Shown here in pieces: positions 61,601 through 64,000 of a stretch of 64,000 nt of DNA. Position numbers and translations under genes: made by a program. How positions within the stretch are numbered: position 1 is the first letter of the stretch; each line of letters opens with the position of its first letter. Below the pieces are notes generated by a model that saw only the letters and a list, made by a program, of their open reading frames with translations, did not search any database and was not told where the DNA came from. The stretch spans positions 682,001 to 746,000 of the forward strand of contig CATNEN010000003.1 in assembly GCA_950097015.1 (NCBI GenBank), read 5' to 3'. Source of the DNA: Macrostomum hystrix (lineage: Eukaryota > Animalia > Platyhelminthes).

Positions 61601-64000
61601 TCCGTTTCCAGTGAAGCCCTTATGACAGGTGCACTTGTAACTGCCAGGTGTATTGGTGCAGGTCGCGTAGTCCTTGTGACAAGTGTTCAAAGTGACATCG
61701 GCGCACTCGTTAATGTCCTTGCATTTGTACTGGTTCACTCTGGTGTAGCCTGTCTTGCAGTCGCACTCATACCTGCCGTAGGTGTTTCGACACGAAGTAG
61801 AGGCTCGATGGCACGAATGCTGATTGAGTTTGCACTCGTCCTTATCGTCACACAGTTTAGTCTTTGAGTTGCGCACGAAGCCGTCCTGACAGCGGCACTC
61901 GTAGCTGCCGGGCAGGTTGAAACACTCCTCTGTGGTGGCGTTGCACGGCTTGTTCTCGTCGCACTCGTCGATGTCGTCACAGACGCGACCGTCGCCGCGC
62001 CAGCCGGAGTTGCACGTGCAATTGTAGCTGCCGATTGTGTTGCGACAAGTAGCCTGTGGCGAGCACGGCCCGGTCTTGGTGGCAGCTCCGATGGCGCACT
62101 CGTCATCGTCTATAGTTTGAGTTGGTGCAGAGCAATAAACGCTTTTTAGCTACTTACTCCTTTATTTTCAAGGACTTTCGCTTGTCAGAGAAATCTGATA
62201 AGATAAAATAGTCTCCTACCGTCGCAAACAACTCCGTTTCCATGGAAGCCCTTCTTGCAGTGACAGTCGTACAAATCTTTCTCAAAGCCACAGAAACCGT
62301 ACTGGTGACAGCGGTAGGGTGAACAAGTGAGCGAAGTAGATCCCGGCGCTGTACAGTTGCAACGCTCTGTGCAGTTTGGCTTAATCAACATATCGCCAAT
62401 CTGAGTGTGAAGGTGAGCGTGGGTCAAATGATTTCGATTTAGATACAGAGATAGTTAGATACAGATTCCACTATTTAAAAAACGCACATTGTAATACAAT
62501 CCGTCGAGTTGACAACCGCATCTAGAAGGCAGTACACAGCGGCCGCTGGTCATGACGTAGCCGGCATTGCAGACGCAGGCCTCTGTACATCTGCCGGCGC
62601 AGTCGCCTCTGGCCATTAGGGCGGTGACGTTCGGTTGGACGCAGGTAGGCTGGCATGGCGCTGCGCAAGTATCGTAGTGCTGATTCTCGCCGCAAGTCAT
62701 GGCTGGATTCGGGTACGAGGGAGTCATTGATGCGCTGTCCAATGATTTCAGCTTTTTTATCATCTTAACTATAACTCTAGGTGCTTAAAAGGAATCTTTA
62801 GAAGCGTTCCATTTAACTATTCGTGAGTGTTATGTAGCTTCAGATATTAATCGATCGATATCTTTAATACTTTAAGTACTTTAAAAGCATCAGATTGAAT
62901 TATAATGACATTTTCCTCAGTGTTCTAGGTCATCTTTCTGACAACCTACAGGGTGTCGGACAGACGACTTGAAGGTCGGGGGTTCGATTCTTGTCTCCAG
63001 AATTTGTATCCTTTGGTAAGAAAATTAACTCTGCATTATTTCAGTTCACTCAGCTGTTAAATACGAGTAGGTCCAGCGTTAGCTAAGGGTAACTGATGGT
63101 TAGTGTGGCGTTTCCCCAGTCCATGGACTGAACAGCCGTACAGCTGCGGCTGTGCTGTCGGCTGCACATCTGGCCCGATTGGGGCAGGTGTTGTCAAATC
63201 AATATAAGCTATAGCGAAAGCTCTTCTAAAATCTCTTCTAAAAATTGTATTTGCCGTTTTCTTAGCTAAATCCAGTCTAAAAAATGTCTCGACGACTCAC
63301 GACAGAAATCGGTCCTTCGCCACTGGGTACTGCTGTTGTAGCGCGACTGGCAGACAGCGGCAATTGTCGTGGCAGTCTGGCAGATGTTCACACCGCCTAG
63401 GCAGGTGTCAAACACGCAGCTGTCAATGTAGGTGTCGAAGCTGTCCTTAACGGCAGCCATTGAGGCGGCGCAGCCAGAGAAGATCTCGCGCAGCTTGGCG
63501 CAGGTGGTCTTGGCTCGCTCTTTAGCATCGCCAACGCACACCGGGTCTGGCGTCTCGCTGCAGCCGGGCTGGCACTCGTCGCCGTCCATAGCGCCGGTGT
63601 CGGTGCGCCAGGAGTCGCCAAACAGTCGCGCATTGTCTGTCGCATTGCCGCTAGGCTTGCAGAAAGGTCCCAGAATCCAATCGTTGTCGGCGCTGTTATC
63701 AAAATCGCCGCACAGGCCGCACATCTGCCGCTTGAATGGCGCTTCAACTTTCACTTCGATGCGATCGTCACCATTCCATTTGACGTAGAGGCCGAATCGG
63801 GTTGTCAGGAGCTTAAATTGAAGTTTTGATTGATGCAGGTGAGACCACTTTCAGACAACTAGCACGCGAAGCTACTTTGGTCGTCACCACACCAGTCTAA
63901 GTAAAGGCGACACTCACCACGTTGCCCTCAAAGAAGCGAATAGTGAATCCGATGGGTCTGCCAGCATTGTCCAACGGTTCAGCGGGTAGGTTCACAAGCT
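37650..64000 (-). CDS. Giant secreted cysteine-rich protein (partial; 5' end beyond window): vWD-C8-TIL, ~50 EGF/cbEGF, follistatin-Kazal x2, TSP1, Kazal, C-terminal cystine knot
   Basis: 26 GT-AG exons: 63918->64000, 63301-63811, 62488-62702, 62220-62400, 61529-62109, 60552-60969, 59727-60116, 58813-59040, 58497-58625, 57865-58196, 57495-57772, 55871-56649, 54760-55512, 48214-48333, 47907-48105, 46493-46799, 45209-45678, 44051-44409, 43605-43733, 42491-42994, 41898-42078, 40978-41418, 39611-39978, 38997-39227, 37852-38447 and 37650-37706. The 25 complete exons sum to 8757 nt (multiple of 3). Motifs: MCGLCGDFD (vWD), CVFDTC (C8), [18 protein letters not shown] (TIL), many D(I/V)(D/N)EC...CxNTxGSYxCxC, [14 protein letters not shown] (TSP1), CDGGC...CC.P...CDC (CTCK). 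EGF count is a manual estimate. Confidence 0.9.
38495..38600 (-). mobile_element. SINE family A, internally deleted copy
   Basis: Head (GCCTCTCGCAACCAGGTCCCTGAATTCAATTCCACGGCGAGGCCACATT) joined directly to the tail (GTGCCATTGCCGCAGCCCTCC). Confidence 0.7.
40022..40912. repeat. Minisatellite, 23-bp unit GGATTCTATAGGGTAGACAGAGT
   Basis: Tandem array filling the intron. Confidence 0.93.
41440..41860. repeat. 13-20-bp repeat GATAAGACAGGTAGATTGTA
   Basis: Tandem intronic array. Confidence 0.9.
43068..43440. repeat. Minisatellite, 25-bp unit GAGAATGTACATTCAACCTGGCTCT
   Basis: About 15 units, each with the perfect 12-bp palindrome GAATGTACATTC. Confidence 0.93.
43800..44030. repeat. 16-bp-family satellite TCTCATCTCTCCCGTG
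   Basis: Same motif as the hAT MITE interior. Confidence 0.9.
44590..45130. repeat. Degenerate 20-bp repeat TCTGATTACTCAAATCCCTT
   Basis: Tandem intronic array. Confidence 0.85.
45950..46475. repeat. Pyrimidine-rich ~24-bp repeat ATCTCTTATCTCACCCTCTCTCTA
   Basis: Tandem intronic array. Confidence 0.85.
46870..47700. repeat. ~39-bp repeat CTACCCTGTCTACTTCTCAGTCTACCCAATCTCCCTC-like
   Basis: Tandem intronic array. Confidence 0.88.
49164..50711 (+). CDS. LINE ORF1 (gag-like nucleic-acid-binding protein)
   Basis: 515-aa ORF upstream of pol; low-complexity ends, basic KRRRR and TYAAIA motif, central globular region; no CCHC knuckle seen. Confidence 0.8.
   Translation: MASSPSTAPAEDTMVPEAIHAAAPGLAGPATATNAALPNSRDDRGAKRSTTSGAAKRRRRMLAHGTSAPLTKDQAQARGAEGALPRAGAGAGGLVPPAQAPARGGAHDAPRPGSRAKEGPAPIRTAARPEGEAEAEGPVPTADADPEGGDATGQGPGPQATYAAIARRQPAVIITGRDGKRLSSEQLSDICRNIDAMLWQLQLKGEPLAVGASATRESCFVVWPGDAESGRRLLELLPTQSWAAGLEFLRENEPPKTKRHRIFVPAKSVVTSAEDLRRGLIAMNRELPTAGLIVHRTILRPDGTGFTAILGLSEQWTRRYPDGANICIGLWKTKIFAFEADKTRGQTGPTTVPANEGSSDPKAGTGGRAQSSRQKRPERAIAGSSERRPARVTKRRGLLQRASEVVRTAKMAQLRAEMRGGPPGQAPQPRATGEASEVPSSIEQGPSSAPPTAQGAVSAPVEGDSGPGLGAGGGDWAADAVEFPSPARGLGTEEPMATDIDPEEEDRLLAGSPSK
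50724..54428 (+). CDS. LINE ORF2: AP endonuclease - reverse transcriptase - RNase H - zinc finger (1234 aa)
   Basis: APE: QVNTQH, LVQEP, GDVNSHH..WGS, LDVTL, SDH. RT: [38 protein letters not shown]. RNase H: YTDGS, SDSQAAL, WIPGH.G..GNE.AD. C-terminal CPFC...EH..CHC. Confidence 0.96.
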   Translation: MMIPGISCLQVNTQHCVAASVNLMRTTERMMPGLVLVQEPWLSKNKPSNIPAGYDCFCMADSVRPRSLIYAAKALNAWMRPDLSNGDICVIQSAHIVPNKLTLVASAYLAGDAPVVSDTLVALCEFARARNFELLLAGDVNSHHTHWGSSKINDRGEELLAFVSGTPLNFCNVGNTPTFDNGRWAEVLDVTLASPGILPRVLGWEVWETESSLSDHRFIRFNIGTPDKKQKPIWRRNVRNTDWPAFSQKLHEGLRDSDPSMAMETTQDLDGVAALLGGAITEAYEMACPLKAYKGKKSAPWWNPELGVLRRRAKALQRKLKTSHDPDDKEAYTRAIHEFKGRVRRAKADKWRQYCEGLEGSRPTARVVKALTNDRFSKLSSIKKPDGSITERPEETLELMLGHFFPSVPAHFGPDDHSRGGQGLAQSLVTNDRIVRAAKSFNPFKAPGPDGIYPAFLHEAVKNGRFLHLLCRLLRACIVLGYVPARWHEARVVFIPKPAKGDYRSVKSYRPISLTSTCLKLMERLVLWRLLTVELGRAPLSPNQHAFRAGRSTESALHCIVETLEKAVLGSGFALAVFLDIEGAFDNVIFEAFEKALVSRATHPHLVRWVMYMIRNRHVVAHLEGRVLSAPVLKGGPQGGVLTPLLWNLVMDELLKSTRPDPVLKVGYADDVTAICAGPSAETTRDLIQGFINRAVRWADQCGLRLSESKTVAVMFTSRLRWTIEPLTLYGKNIAMEKQVRCLGILLDHRLNWTPHITTKAKRALAILAQVRRAVGTTWGLTPKNLWWIYTAIIRPSVAYAGLIWASAMSIQKNLEALYRVQGRACRMTLGAPPSTPFEGMNAFLNATPIDIFVKGEAAKSTRRLLDAGVSFQNSRAFSKRSLLPHSDLCLKTLGECGGLTILSDGAPATLLRSHRYKVSIFPRNEVKDCWDDPAVHCYTDGSLMNGKSGFGVCVASGGEVLWTHSQHCGKSSSVFQNEMLAISFCAAELRQRQLAGRRIFFHSDSQAALKALSRCTSRSRTTLDCNTQLNGLAQSNKVELMWIPGHAGLTGNEMADELAKAGAASSLMGPGPESPIPASVVNSSINHWMETQHRRRWSSTLNCRQSRAAVQTPSSNLRKALLRLNRRDLRAVTMALSGHGCFTRHRYLQGHVPEETCPFCCSGRENAEHFICHCPAFTRARLKHLGPAPTLAEACSPENIPQLAHFLRDTGRADFFPAYGEEDRAAEPTDGPP
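55620..55830 (-). mobile_element. SINE family A, 3' half
   Basis: Reverse complement reads GGAGTCAGCGGAATGGGCGGAATTGCCTCCTCGCTGGC...GTGCCATTGCCCACAGCCTTCTGCAAATAAAA. Confidence 0.8.
56751..57448 (+). mobile_element. SINE family A, full-length copy split by a nested SINE B
   Basis: A-box-like TGGTAAAGCGG and B-box-like GCTCGATTCC; head 56751-56893 resumes at 57219; tail CTCCTGCAATTTTATTAG. Confidence 0.85.
56894..57218 (-). mobile_element. SINE family B (CORE-like) nested in SINE A
   Basis: Reverse complement matches 27090-27410; flanked by TTACGCCCTT (56884-56893) / TTATGCCCTT (57219-57228). Confidence 0.88.
59190..59720. repeat. GC/CpG-rich 17-bp minisatellite GTGGTAGTGACGCCCCC
   Basis: About 31 units ending 6 nt from the donor at 59726. 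Confidence 0.95.
61150..61490 (-). mobile_element. SINE family A, near full-length
   Basis: Reverse complement: TTGCAGAACGG (A-box-like)...GAGCTCGATTCC (B-box-like)...CAGGAGTTAGCGAAATGGGCAGAATTGCCTCC...GCCCTCCTGCAATTATTATT. Confidence 0.85.
62951..63200 (+). mobile_element. SINE family B copy
   Basis: GAAGGTCGGGGGTTCGATTC, CORE-like AACTCTGCATTATTTCAGTTCACTCAGCTGTTAAAT, CAGTCCATGGACTG and CACATCTGGCCCGATTGGG.CAGGTG. Confidence 0.82.

Overview
Eukaryotic (animal) genomic DNA with GT-AG introns, GC-rich exons and a different minisatellite in many introns. The style resembles the flatworm Macrostomum, but that is inference and cannot be confirmed from the sequence. Seven spliced protein genes were reconstructed by hand: NDUFA6, TEX2, a RASSF7/8-like gene, an orphan Ig-like type I membrane receptor, a melatonin-receptor-like GPCR, an EF-hand protein, and the 3' ~2,900 codons of a giant vWD-C8-TIL-(EGF x ~50)-Kazal-TSP1-Kazal-CTCK secreted protein. 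Mobile elements include an intact 6-kb RNase H-bearing non-LTR retrotransposon with TSD, two tRNA-derived SINE families (one with a MIR-like CORE), a solo LTR, two hAT MITEs carrying a minisatellite, and decayed LINE fragments. The most striking observation is that one SINE family shares a structured 3' end, with a compensatory base-pair change, with the intact LINE, so a candidate SINE/LINE partner pair is visible within the window.
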